Positions 38,710 to 52,129 are shown, numbered from the whole stretch's first letter. The stretch is DNA of 63,233 nt, filler included, from Octopus bimaculoides (GCF_001194135.2; 5 parts of 5 records of this genome joined end to end with filler, not necessarily neighbours in it); one strand, 5' to 3'. A program made the numbers and translations. The notes: generated by a model from the sequence alone, not told the origin.

Positions 38710-39157
38710 AACAACAAACGAGATGAGGACAAATATCTGTCAAATGTAAATAATGTAAATAATGTACATAATTCCTCGTCTCTTAAATATAGAACTGTAC
38801 AAACAATATACTAAACAAACCCATATACAAACACAAAACACACATACAAAAGACGTAGAAACGCGCGCGCGCACATACACACGCATGCACACACACACAT
38901 ACACACACACTCACACATACACATACAAATACAGGTGCAAACACATGCGCAGAGAAGGACACACACCATACAAAGACAGAATCGACCAAATAGAACAGGA
39001 GGTACGGACGATGGAAAGTCGCTGAAGTAGTCACAGGTGTGTGGCGAAAGATTTCCTCTCAACGGACATCAAATAAGAGCAGTAATAAACAAATGAAGAA
39101 TGAATATATAATGCGCCTGTTTTTTCTTTTAGCAAAAACTGACCATTCTGAAATATA

Positions 39158-39159
<2 letters not shown>

Positions 39160-39195
<36 letters not shown>

Positions 39196-39226
39196 GGACG
39201 GACGGACGGATAGATAGATAGATAGT

Positions 39227-39290
<64 letters not shown>
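39160..39290. repeat. Compound (AGAC)n(GGAC)n(AGAT)n microsatellite
   Basis: Directly visible. Confidence 0.95.
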
Positions 39291-39291
<1 letters not shown>

Positions 39292-39414
39292 TTATTACTA
39301 TACCTATGTATATTTATATTTATATTTATGTTCATTATCTGTATGTATATTTATTTACCTGCATACTTGCACATATACACACACTCGTATGTGTGTTTGT
39401 GTGTATGTACGTGT

Positions 39415-39447
39415 GTGCTTGTGTGTGTGTGTGTTTGTGTGTGTGTA

Positions 39448-39540
<93 letters not shown>
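39415..39540. repeat. (TG)n microsatellite
   Basis: Directly visible. Confidence 0.95.
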
Positions 39541-39541
<1 letters not shown>

Positions 39542-39850
39542 TTTCAAGATGTGTATAACAGCCATTTGCTCTGTATCTGCTAAATATTGTTGCTATAACT
39601 TGTGTAATGGCGTTGATGTGTCACTTCAACATTTGACTTCTTCCGAAATGTTGAAGAGAAACAAAACTATTTCAAATTAATGTCAAATGCACCAACACAC
39701 ACGCATGCGCTCATGCACGCACACACACACACGCACACACACACACACACACGCACGCACACAAACTCATGCAAAAAGAATACAGACTTCTTAAGAAAAC
39801 AGCAGGTTTAGCTCTAATTTTTAATCTATAAAAATGTTCAATAATGATAT

Positions 39851-40231
39851 TTGAGCTGCTCTGATTTTGTGATTCTGTTGACAAACAGCTTCAAACCTGC
39901 TGCAGCAGAGACATTGGTAAAGGATGTACTATCATCATCATCATCATCATCACTGCCAACAACGACAGCAACAAAGCTATCAGCGCCACCACCAACAACG
40001 CCACTTATCAATTCTCTCCCTCCAACCACCATAAATAACATCATCAACAATGCCAACAGCAACAACAACAACAACGACACCAACAGCAACAGCAACAACA
40101 ACAGCAAAACTAACAACAACAGCAGTAATAACAACAACAACAGTAGCAACAAAAGCACCAACAATAACAACAATAACTATAACAACGTCAACAACAACGC
40201 CAACAACAACAGTGGTAGTAGTCGCAAGTGA
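39851..40231 (+). other. Asn/Ser/Thr-rich open frame; either a low-complexity exon or non-coding trinucleotide repeat
   Basis: Non-repetitive start (FKPAAAETLVKDVL) runs in frame into AAC repeats; no homology recognised. Confidence 0.2.
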
Positions 40232-40675
40232 AATGAAAGTCTAATTAGAGAAGAGACGTCGGCAGGTGTTTGAAGCGGTTGATAGTTTCATGACGAGGTT
40301 TTGTATTGAATTAGGTCAGAGCTTGGAAGGTGGAGGCAATGAAGGCGGTGGCAGTTAATTACTGGATGTAATCAGTTTTAGATTAGGTTTCGACTTCATC
40401 ACATTGCATAATTTTACAAACATTCACACACACACGCATACTTACACATACATACATAACATACACACATCTGTACATATATATGCATCCATACATATAC
40501 TTATATACATGTATGTTTCTATATACATACATGCATACATATATGCATACAAACATACATATATATATATGCATACATACACGCATACATACACGCATAC
40601 ATACACGCATACATACTTATGTATCTCTATATATACGTAAAATACATATTCAAACATACACACGTATATGTGTAC

Positions 40676-40718
<43 letters not shown>

Positions 40719-40947
40719 CGTGTGTGTGCGTGTGAGTGTGTGTATATGTGTGGATATGTGTGGATCTGTGTGTATATGCATGTATGTGTACATTCTGGAA
40801 TGTGTTCAGTTAAAATCTATTTACACCAGAAGCTAATCTATAAACATCTGTACAATTGATGTAACATTACTGTTTGTCGTGTTGAAAGAAGACATTTTTT
40901 CTGCTAAAAACACATTGCTATCACGACTCATTCTCTTTCGCTTTTTC

Positions 40948-40960
40948 CTCTCTCTCTCGC

Positions 40961-41055
<95 letters not shown>
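40948..41055. repeat. (TC)n microsatellite
   Basis: Directly visible. Confidence 0.95.
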
Positions 41056-42377
41056 TTCTTGCCCTCTAACATTTATCTTCATTACCACAATTCTCTCATT
41101 CTTTTTCCTTTCCGTACCACTGGAGACTAGCCTCATTTTGTCATTCATCTGTGGTCTATCAGCCTTAAAGACCAAAGCTATACTGTTGCTCTGACACTAG
41201 CAAAATCTTCAACTGTGTCTGGGCTGACATTTCCCAAAGAATATCCCTCCGTTTTTGGTCTAGAAGCTTCTTTTAAGTTCATATCATCGCAACATGTTTA
41301 CATCACCTCATCCAACGACAGTTTCTCACATTTCAGATACCTCAAGACTTGAGTATGTCTCCAAACTATTCCTTCTGTACATATCCAACCTACTTTCTGT
41401 GAACTTTAGCAACTCACAACCCTAGGTGGACAATACCGACTTTCACTCCTTTTTTATACCGCTCACATACATTTATTTATCTTCAGCACCTCTCACCAGG
41501 TATGCGCTCCATCCACAAATAGAAACTTGAAAAAGAGGACTATAACAGCTTGGTGGTCTTTCGGCGCAACAAATGTAATGATCATTCCAAATAATCTTTA
41601 GTCGAGAACAACACGCAACTTTAAAACGCTCATCATCGTTAGAAGCATAGGCAGTAAAAATATCTGATCATCCTTTATGGCATCCTTATATATGCGATAT
41701 TGTGACAACTGCAGCTCAAACAATCGGTTCTCTCTTCAAGTACAGAAAACAGTTCATGTCAAACAGCTGCTGACTCTTAACACGGTTCATGTAAAACCCG
41801 CAATTAAATATTACTCTTACATTCTAGACACTTTTGTTACGAAGCATACAAATATCGTAAGAATAATTCCAAAAGAAAACCATTCAGGAATATATCAAAA
41901 GCTCTGGTTTACACCCGAGGTATCCGCTCCCAGCTGATGTAACAATTTTAGGGGGGGGGGGCTATGATTTTCTGACCTAAATATTTCTAAGACATCATCA
42001 TTCNNNNNNNNNNNNNNNNNNNNNNNNNNNNNNNNNNNNNNNNNNNNNNNNNNNNNNNNNNNNNNNNNNNNNNNNNNNNNNNNNNNNNNNNNNNNNNNNN
42101 NNNNNNNNNNNNNNNNNNNNNNNNNNNNNNNNNNNNNNNNNNNNNNNNNNNNNNNNNNNNNNNNNNNNNNNNNNNNNNNNNNNNNNNNNNNNNNNNNNNN
42201 NNNNNNNNNNNNNNNNNNNNNNNNNNNNNNNNNNNNNNNNNNNNNNNNNNNNNNNNNNNNNNNNNNNNNNNNNNNNNNNNNNNNNNNNNNNNNNNNNNNN
42301 NNNNNNNNNNNNNNNNNNNNNNNNNNNNNNNNNNNNNNNNNNNNNNNNNNNNNNNNNNNNNNNNNNNNNNNNNNNNN

Positions 42378-42414
<37 letters not shown>

Positions 42415-43593
42415 TATATTATTTATATAATAATATGTTCTATTTAAAGTGACTAAACCTAAACAATAGACTGAAAAAAGATGGGCTGAATCACTGGGAA
42501 CTGAACAGGACATTAATGCTTACACAGCTCCGTACGCACTCAATTCAGTCACATAGCCCACCCATCAATTTCAGCCAATTTTAATTTATAGATAATTTTA
42601 GTCTAGTATATGTATTTATTTATTTGTAAACAAACCCGAAAGCTATCTACACACGTTTTTATGCTGAGGGAGAAGGGAGTGGGTGTAACCCAAATATTTC
42701 TGCGACACTTCCTTCTGTGGGTATTAGGGCCCGGCATGTAGGAGTTGAAGTCCCTAAACCTGACAGCAGCTAGTGCCTCGTTATACGTTTTAGCCTTACC
42801 CAACCATGTATGGCGGCTGATAAACGAAGGAACTCGACACGCAATATCATGCAAAATCCTAGAAAATTCAGCCCATTCATCAATGGGACTAAGCGTTGTA
42901 AACTGTGCGTAGCCGAACATATTGAAGGACTCCCTCGACCCAGGGAACATCCTTAATTCCAAGGCGGAAGTACAGATAACAATTCATGTCGGACCCTGCT
43001 TACACTTCAGGAAATTCCTACTGGCATCTTGAGATTAACCCGCCAACAGATTCAATTACGGATAGCGTTCAAAAGGAGATAATCTCTTGTTGATTGATAT
43101 ATAGTAACGAAGTCTTTTCGTCCTTCATTCTCTAGAGAGGTCACTTGCTCGAGAGGCCATTGGCCAACGGGTTTAGGATCTGAAGAAATGCTGCAATTTA
43201 AGCGCTATATGTCTATCTNNNNNNNNNNNNNNNNNNNNNNNNNNNNNNNNNNNNNNNNNNNNTTAATTAATTAANNNNNNNNNNNNNNNNNNNNNNNNNN
43301 NNNNNNNNNNNNNNNNNNTATTTATGCCTGATATTACACTGATAGGAATACGAAAACTGGATTGGCAAATGGCCTGACTGCTTTCATAGTATATCAACAA
43401 AACACCAGAAAATAAGAATTTGTGTGAGAAAACAGAAAAATATTTATTTCACCTTCGTTCCAGAATATATTCCAAAAGCAAAACCAGAGTAGAACCCCAT
43501 TAATCTCTCTCACACTCTCTCTATCTCCCTCTCCCTCTTCTCTTTTTCTCCCTATCTAAACACACATACAAACAGAGAAACAGACCGGCAGAC

Positions 43594-43664
<71 letters not shown>

Positions 43665-44211
43665 CTGCAAAATGGAAAGGGGTAAGAAAACTATACAATA
43701 ACGCGTAGTTTATTCCTTCGTATCTGATGATTCACCCTGTCAAGGATTTTCGTACTATCACCTGTCTTTCGAAAAATAATTTGTTTTGTGGCCAGATTTA
43801 TTGCCCGTGGGGAGAATCTCTGGGTAGACACTGATCAAAATATCAGCTTTGAAGGAATACTTTGATTCGATTATACACATTGGGTGTTATTATTCTTTTC
43901 GTGTATATACGGAAGTGTATACGTAAATGTAGGTATCTATATGTATGTATATATGTATTTCTGTGTGTGCGTATGTAGAGAGTCAACATATACACTGTTG
44001 GCGATCTTCAAAGGATATGAAGAATGCCACTTTCGGCCGTTTACGGTCGCTGTCAGTATGTATGTATATAATTATGTGTGTTGACTGGATCATCAAAGCA
44101 CGTTAGCATTGTAGGTGTTCTAACACCGTCCATCATTTTTAATGACAATTATTATTTTCCTTTTTGGTGATACACTGGTAAATAACTACCTAATTTAATT
44201 ACGTGTGTGTA

Positions 44212-44248
<37 letters not shown>

Positions 44249-44880
44249 GTGTGTGTGTGTGAGTGTTGGAATATGTTTGTAGAATTACAGTTTTTTTAAC
44301 AAGGATTGTATTGACAGTAACTTCGAAGTTCCGGTTTGCTTAGACAGTCCGAAAGAACAACCAAAGTCTAAACTCTAAACACCCAACATCTCCGAAGTCA
44401 CAATATTATATTGTTTAATACACACACACACATGTATATATATANNNNNNNNNNNNNNNNNNNNNNNNNNNNNNNNNNNNNNNNNNNNNNNNNNNNNNNN
44501 NNNNNNNNNNNNNNNNNNNNNNNNNNNNNNNNNNNNNNNNNNNNNNNNNNNNNNNNNNNNNNNNNNNNNNNNNNNNNNNNNNNNNNNNNNNNNNNNNNNN
44601 NNNNNNNNNNNNNNNNNNNNNNNNNNNNNNNNNNNNNNNNNNNNNNNNNNNNNNNNNNNNNNNNNNNNNNNNNNNNNNNNNNNNNNNNNNNNNNNNNNNN
44701 NNNNNNNNNNNNNNNNNNNNNNNNNNNNNNNNNNNNNNNNNNNNNNNNNNNNNNNNNNNNNNNNNNNNNNNNNNNNNNNNNNNNNNNNNNNNNNNNNNNN
44801 NNNNNNNNNNNNNNNNNNNNNNNNNNNNNNNNNNNNNNNNNNNNNNNNNNNNNNNNNNNNNNNNNNNNNNNNNNNNNNTA

Positions 44881-44911
<31 letters not shown>

Positions 44912-44934
44912 GGGTATATATATGGAAGTGTGAA

Positions 44935-44965
<31 letters not shown>

Positions 44966-45394
44966 ATGTGTGTTCTTCTAACATACATTTAACGCTTTTT
45001 AAAGTCCTAAAATAAATACTTACAATATGAGGGAGAGAGGAAGAGAGGGGGAGAGGTAGGGAGAGAGAGGGAGAGAGAAAGAGTAGAGTACGTTGAATAG
45101 AAATATTTTTTGGACATTAAATGTTCCTACAAATCTGCGAAAATGAACCCTTTAGTTTATGCTTGCATAAACCACTTTATCTACGCTTTTTAAGATGCAT
45201 TGTGTCTCTTCTGGAGAAAGATATACATACGGACATACATGTTTTTTTATTAGCAAGTGAAAAGACTGGTCGAAGTTTAAAGTGCTATGTCCAAAGATCT
45301 AACAATCCATACTGTTCGTGAATAGAACCCACAACATTATGCTCAAGGACCCAACACTCTAAACAGTAGGTCACGCACATACTTTATACACATT

Positions 45395-45835
45395 CTTTTA
45401 CTCTTGTATTGTTTCAGCCATATGACTGCGGCCATGCTGGAGCACCGCATTTTGTCGAAGGAATCCACCCGAGGACTTATTCTTTGTAAGCCTAGTACCT
45501 ATCCTATCGGTCCCTTTTGCAGAACCGGTAAGTTACGTGGACGTAAACACACCAACATCGGTTGTCAAGCGATGGTGGGGGAACAAACACAGAGAGAAAA
45601 AAAACATATATATATATATACGTGTGTATATATATATATATATATACACACACGCACACACATACATATATATGTACATACGACGGGCTTCTTTCAGTCT
45701 CTGTCTACCAAATCCACTCACAAGGTTTCGGTTGACCCGAGTCTATAGTAGAAGACACTTGCTCAAGGTGCCACGCAGTCGGACTGAGCCGGGAACTATG
45801 TGGTTGATAAGCAAGCTACTTATCACACAGCTACA
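45395..45835 (-). mobile_element. tRNA-derived SINE (5880-6228 family), near full length
   Basis: Full family sequence in reverse complement with internal (TA)/(CA) tract. Confidence 0.9.
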
Positions 45836-45836
45836 T

Positions 45837-45869
<33 letters not shown>

Positions 45870-48694
45870 ACTTTACAGCATTTTGTGTTCTTTGTAAATC
45901 AGAAATGATAGAATGTATCGACAATACATAAATTTTGCCAACTGACATGAGACACTTGATATTTATTGAAATCAAAATCATTCATTTTACTAGATCAAAG
46001 AACGCAAAACAAAAAGTATTTATTCATCACTAAAACTTTCCAACCAATATTGCTGCCATGATTTTCTTGATATGTTTTAATCTTTTTAATCTTACTGTCA
46101 ACAAGTTTTTTTTTTTTTTTTTTCAATAAATCTGACTTATATATGTACCATTCCTTCTGAAGCATCGCAAATTTATTTTTCGTCATTCAAGTGTTCTGGA
46201 ATCAAAATTTGACTTAATGACGTGTCATAAATTTACAATACGTTACAGATCTGGAGGCTGTCCAGACTAAAACAAAGTCACAATTTCATGATCTTGTAGA
46301 AACTTTTTAATTAATTTGGCAAAATGAGCAGGAGAATTATCATGTTGGTATAGTGCCAGTATATCTTCGTTGACTTGGCTGATCTGTATTGGGTAGAAAA
46401 TACTTTTGTTAATTTCTTCCATATAATATCATTCATTCAACGTAGGAAATGTGTATCTAAACCCGTCAACAGACGGAAACTCCACATCACTATGTTCCCA
46501 TCACTGAATCAAATTTTAATTTGACTTCCTCTAAATATATTGTAGTAGCGATTCCGGAGAAGTGCGAAATTTAAAATTGCCGATAAAATAAAACTTTGGA
46601 AGGAAAATGATTTATAACTTAAGCTTTCACTTACAAATGCAACTAGTGATCTCAGATTCATTGCAGCTGTTGGTTTCGTTGTTTAACCTCAAGACAGCAC
46701 TAGTTGTGAAAACCAATTTTGAAAGGTGTACAGCGAGACCTTTCCATTGTCGCTGAGACACGAAACTTCTAGTAAAACTGCATGCCTATTTGTTATCGCC
46801 TCTTTCATTGTTCGGTGATTTACCGTTAGATCGCAATGTTGAAGTAGGAGCTGGGGGGTTTCTATCTAGCTCACACTTTATTAACACCTTTGTGTCTCTG
46901 GCTCGGTTTTGTACCCCACACCATTCTTGGTATATACATCAATAGTCTACTTGCTATCCTCTCCTACAACACCCACTCTTATATATATTTCAAATAGCAG
47001 GTCTAAAATTGGATCGCATGCATTTGAAACATCACGATCACTTCATATAATAGGTCCACTAGTATTTATATTCTTTTCTATTAAGTATGCATTCTGAACA
47101 TGACAAAGTCTGTTCAACAATGATTGGGCTTCTGCTTTAGAGCCACAGCCATTAATCATTTGCACTTTAATAGTTAAAGTAAGACCACAACGAATTTCCG
47201 CTCTCACATCAAGGTCAGTGCTGCTGTTACACATACAGTATTCTAATTCGAATGCAAAGTAAAGCCACTCAACTAATTAGCATGAATGCGTTTGCTAAAA
47301 TACTTTAAATTCTGTCTCACAATTGTTCTGTTTTCTCTGTCTGCTATTTGTAACGGTCCAACAAGTACATCTTCTCTTTAGACGTGGATGATTTCGTGCC
47401 TACTCCACTGAAGCATTATTCTCTCGTCACTCATCATGTTACCCAGCCACTCTCAGTATGATAGCAAGTTCTTTGCTTCCCATCATGTCACCTCTATAGA
47501 TTTTTTCTACACAATCATCGGCTTGCAAATACTTAAGGGGAATTCTCACTGCATTAATTTAACGATTGTGGGATCTAGAATCGTTGGGAGAGTTGGACCC
47601 TCACTTTAGGACAAATAGAAAATGAAGGAAAATAAAGGACCTGGCAATAAGCTATATTTTCGAACAATTTGATCCATCATTGTATTATTCACTGCCACAT
47701 TTCATTTTTTAAGACTACTGAGTTGTGCATTGAAGGGAGATTTTGCTGCTGTCACTAACAATTTTAGATAAATTTTTCCGCTGAGTTTTACATCTCTTAG
47801 CATTCACATGCTAAATTAAAAGCAAGAATTTGTCAAATACAATTGCACTTTTTGATCGTTAGCTCAGAGTTGGTTAAGATTTTAGATACAAAGCATTCAG
47901 ATGCTGCTGTGTCGAATTTTTCTAAGAATCATGTTTCCAGGACTACATTATCAAATACGTTCGTTTCACATTGGGCATATAACTGCTATCTCTAGCAGGT
48001 CTACGGACAAAGAAGAAGCTACTGTGTTTCTGAACTTAGTTGTTCTGGCTATTGATTCTCTTGATTTTTTCATGTAGTATTCTATGTAAGGTACTTAATA
48101 ATACATATAATTTACATCCTTTTATCTTCTGAAGATTTGACCTTTGTCTTCAAGGTGAAGAATCATTGGAGGTTGGCAAATATTTACTTTTTTGGGGAAG
48201 GCATGAAAAATGAAAACAAATAATTACATCACGTTTAAAAGAAATAAAGTATTATGTAATTACATAAAGCATGATAAAATAATAATGGACTTTAATTAGG
48301 CAGAAATATTGAACTCAAATTTTAATAGAAAAATCGAAGTGAACTAAGAAAACCGAAATCAAAGAACAAAACATTGAATAATAACAATATCTAAGCACTT
48401 TTTATCAAAGGAAAAAAATAATATAGCAAACTGCTAATAAAATCCTCGTTATTTAATTATAACATGAAACACTAATATCTGCAGTAATTTTGCCTGCTTT
48501 CCAAAAATCAAGAATCCATGCTTTAGCAAGTGGTCTATAGTTTCTTATACGGGTGAATTTGGAAGTATGTGTTAATGCATTTAACCTATCTGCATGCGAG
48601 TGATTATACATCTTTGTGTGTATAAGCTTAACTTTGTCTCTCCCTCCCTCTTTCTCTCTATCTCTTTCTCTCTATCTATTTCTCTCTCTCTCTT

Positions 48695-48727
<33 letters not shown>

Positions 48728-48729
<2 letters not shown>

Positions 48730-49035
48730 ATACATTTCTTTTATTAGCCACACAGGGCTCAACGAAGATGGGACAAATACAATGTAGAGCTTTTCTTTTT
48801 GGAAGGGAAAAAAAAAGGGGTGTGTCGATCAAAAGGGATCGTAGGAAGGGAAAAAGGGGGAGTTCGATCAAAAGGGATCGAGAAAAAAAAAAGAAAAAAA
48901 AGCGATCAATAGGGATCGTGTATCACACAGTAATATTCTCGTGTAAATAGAGGGGAGGACAGTTTAGGTTTAGCCGTGGAAAGAAAAGCCTACGGAAAAG
49001 ACCACGGTAACCTTGGTCAATATTCTCATTGAAGA
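48728..49035 (-). mobile_element. Probable 3' end of a LINE (AATAAA followed by a simple-repeat tail), family unassigned
   Basis: Minus strand ...GTGTGGCTAATAAAAGAAATGTATTTATCTATCT; internal degenerate repeats of CGATCAAAAGGGATCG. Confidence 0.45.
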
Positions 49036-49449
49036 AACTATAACAGTAAGTGACTCTCTTTTGCCTTTTTGTTTTATTATTTTTTTTCTTGGATTTTTTT
49101 CTAGTTCATAGGGTTATGCTCAAGATGGCTCCGTCGTTACCTCAACAAACACGTGAGAAAACAGCGTAAACACTATTTTTTAACAGGTTGGTTGCACTCC
49201 AGAGTGATCAAAGTTTTGGCAATAGAGTGAAAAGAATCAAAAGTTTTTAAGTGAGGATATTTGTGGATACAACTTAGTTCTGTATGCTTAAATGAAATGA
49301 CAAAACAGTATCAACAGATAGGAAATGAGTGGACGGGATATTTTTACTTCTCTCTCATGTATCGAGATGAATCTGTCTCACGGTGTCAGATAGCCTATAA
49401 GTTCGTTCGCGACGTAGTTGTGATCAGTGCAAATGAGTTTAATTATATT

Positions 49450-49592
49450 CGTTTCTACTCTAGGCACAAGGCTTAAAACTGTTAGGGTTGAGGTCAGTCG
49501 ATTAGATCGACCCCACTACGCAACTACTACTTAATTTATCGACCCGAAAGGATGAAAGGCAAAGTTGACCTCGGCGGAATTTGAACTCCAGC
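49450..49592 (-). mobile_element. SINE (GTCGATAAATTAAGTACCAG family), 5' truncated
   Basis: Family core motif. Confidence 0.85.
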
Positions 49593-50029
49593 TCGCTATC
49601 TTGAGTTTGATTATATTTTGTAGCTGATAGTTAGCACTGATAGACCAAACTAATGGTGATAGGGGAAAGGAGAATAGTCTAGGAGTAAGCAGGTATTGCC
49701 TATCGTGCGATTACTATGGAGCAGCTATAAGTAAAATGTTAGCAGTGCCTTCATAACCAGTAGTTCGAATTACATAAACAAGATTTTTCTTTACTATTGA
49801 GACTGCATTGAGTTCCTAATTCAATATTTTTTCGGTACTTTACTTTTCTTTATACGGTGCCGGTTTGCTCTTTATTTTAGATTAGTCGCAGCTTTCTAAA
49901 ATCTACCTCTGAGCACTCTATAGCTTATCGATGTTGAAAACGAATAATTCATCCCCACATATTTGAACAAAGAGACTTTTGTCAAACTCTGGGTTGATAA
50001 TGTTGCTGATAGAAGGTGAAATGTATGGC

Positions 50030-50460
50030 AGCAGGATTTAGCTCCATGTCTTACCTCCGGAAGGAGTCATAAGTTGTTGTCCATGAATTTCTACGATTTT
50101 CCCAGCCCCAATTTTTTTACCTCCTAACGCCCCTGATTGTAATCCCATGGGTTACTATGTGTGTGGTGCAGTTGAGAAACACACCAACAACTCCGCCTGC
50201 AACAACAAAACTGTGCTGAGGCTTAAGATGAAGGTGCTCGAAAATTTTCCTCAGGAAATAGAGAGGAAAGCTTTGCGCCAGGCTCCGGAGCTGTCTTGAA
50301 ACTGAGGTAGACGCTGAGAACGGCTAGTATGAGTAAACTGTTATCTCTAAGCCTTATTCTAGTTAATTTATTTTTGATTTTTTGAAATACTTTTATTTTT
50401 AACGGGATAATGTGTTCTCTTCTTTCTATGCAAACTGTCAAATTTAACCCGAACATCCTG
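50030..50460 (+). mobile_element. 3' remnant of a Tc1/mariner-superfamily (maT/DD37D-like) transposon
   Basis: WQQDLAPC...PPNAPDCNPMGYYVCGAVE (QQD.AP.H / WPPNSPDLNPLDY equivalents); ends ...AACATCCTG followed by TA. Confidence 0.75.
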
Positions 50461-50870
50461 TACATATATGCATAACACACGCATGCGCACACATATATAG
50501 TTACTATTACGTAACTTTACGTACACAACTCATAAAGCTTTTACTTTACATTTCAATTTTTAATTCTCTCCTATTCACATAAAATTATACTGTCGTAACA
50601 GTATTTATCTCTTTAGTCAATTTTTATGGCATATAATTTTGACTACATAAATTTTTACAACGTATAATTTTGTTAACAGAAAATAAGAAATACATTAAAA
50701 GTACATTCAAGCGAATGCAAACTGACTGCAGCTTCTCACATTTCTAAATTTCGATGGAAAGTGTATAATTGGCATGAATAGCCAAACATTCGATCAGCAA
50801 CGTTGTTCCTAACACGCAAATCCCTTACATGTTAAAGCCTCACAATTTCGTTTTTACATATACGTATATA

Positions 50871-51082
50871 CGAGGGGTTACTGAAAAATTCCTACCTTTA
50901 AAGGTGTAATGAATGGCCTGGCTGGAGGCCCAACTTTACGATTTCTTTTATAAGGCATAAACAAACTGAAGGACCGCTTCAGTGTGTGAATCTGAGACAG
51001 AAATATGTTGAATAAAATCATAATTGACAGACCTCCTGTATTTTCTTTTACCTAAAGCCAGGAACTTTTCAGTACTACCTCG
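50871..51082 (+). mobile_element. Mariner-derived MITE, 212 bp, TA target duplication
   Basis: TIRs CGAGGGGTTACTGAAAAATTCCT / AGGAACTTTTCAGTACTACCTCG; TA on both sides; internal mariner 3' remnant. Confidence 0.9.
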
Positions 51083-52129
51083 TATATAAAACTGCATAAT
51101 TTTATGTATATAGTCACATAATAATTTTGATGCATCATCTACCACTTAATCTAAATTCAATAGATAAGCTGAATCGTGTCAGATAAACAAGAGTACATTG
51201 GCATGAATTCGGCGTAAACAGTTAGTAACGTACTATTCACCCACTACGGGTAACAGCAAGAAAACGCGAGATTTCCTCTTTATCTTGGCTTCCTTTTCTT
51301 CTCTTTCTTTTCCCACCACTCTCCTATTGATTCCCTAGGCTTTTGCCTTCATATTTTAAACAACGATCGTCTTTACCACATTGCGTATCCAGTCTGATGA
51401 ACCCGAACGTAAATTTCAAATAGTACGACGTAAGGTATCAGCTGCTATACCCATATTATAGACATACATTCATGCATACATACATACAATGATGGTGACG
51501 AATACGGAATACTATCACTTATAATGTTTGATATAAATGCAAGCGCGTTGAAAGAAATGGGTATCTTCTTCGAGTAAATGTAAAAAAATAACCTTTTTGA
51601 AAAAGATCCTGGTAGTAATCAAATAGTGAAACACATAGGACGTGGAAAATTATTAAACATACTCCATGGTGACGAAAGAATCGGAGTTATCGAGAAAAGT
51701 TCCAGAGGACTTTCGATCTGAACCAAGACCCATATCAAATCTACAGAAAGGCTAGGAAAGCTCCTTAGAGAAGCTACATTAAGAGACTTAAAGAAATACC
51801 AAACATTCTTAAATTCTTCAGAAAAACAACATTTGTTGAAAAGAAATATTACACTCTATACCAAATAAAATCACTCAGCCAATATGCACAAATAATAACA
51901 CTCGCATTAACAATACAGTAAATGTTTCCGAGAAGAGACTGTGAACGAAAAGAAACACGAACAATTGGAATGCAACCCTTACAAACTGCCGCAGACTACA
52001 TGGATATGTAACAATCACGATCTCACAGAAACATAAACTAATAAAATCGCAGTTTGCATCGAAATTCAAGCAGACTTTACCACTTAAATACATAGTATGT
52101 ATAGTTGCCAAATATACTCATTTCTCCAT

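Larger units (their letters stand above)
38243..38797. mobile_element. Fold-back pair of a tRNA-headed SINE, each arm ending in a minimal hammerhead; 14-bp TSD
   Basis: Plus copy 38469-38797 with A-box TGGCGTAGTGG and B-box-like GACTTCGATCCC; inverted partial copy 38243-38466; TSD TACAAACAATATAC at 38229-38242 and 38798-38811. Confidence 0.9.
37978..39160 (+). mobile_element. 3' pseudo-LTR/UTR of the same PLE, interrupted by the SINE insertion at 38243-38797
   Basis: Homology to the inverted arm resumes exactly after the duplicated target site. Confidence 0.8.

Noticed and set aside
39306-40859. Poly-CV, poly-HT, poly-YI and poly-ER/SL ORFs throughout the window
   Set aside because: Translations of (TG)n, (CA)n, (TA)n and (GA)n microsatellites.
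41080-41690. Possible retroelement RT/gag remnant on the minus strand
   Set aside because: Only scattered weak motifs (e.g. SEQQYSF) across frames with many stops; no consistent family assignment.
48826-48918. Three CGATCAA(A/T)AGGGATCG hairpin repeats spaced 38-39 bp, superficially repeat-spacer-like
   Set aside because: The spacers are related purine-rich low-complexity sequence, so this is a degenerate tandem repeat inside a probable LINE 3' end.
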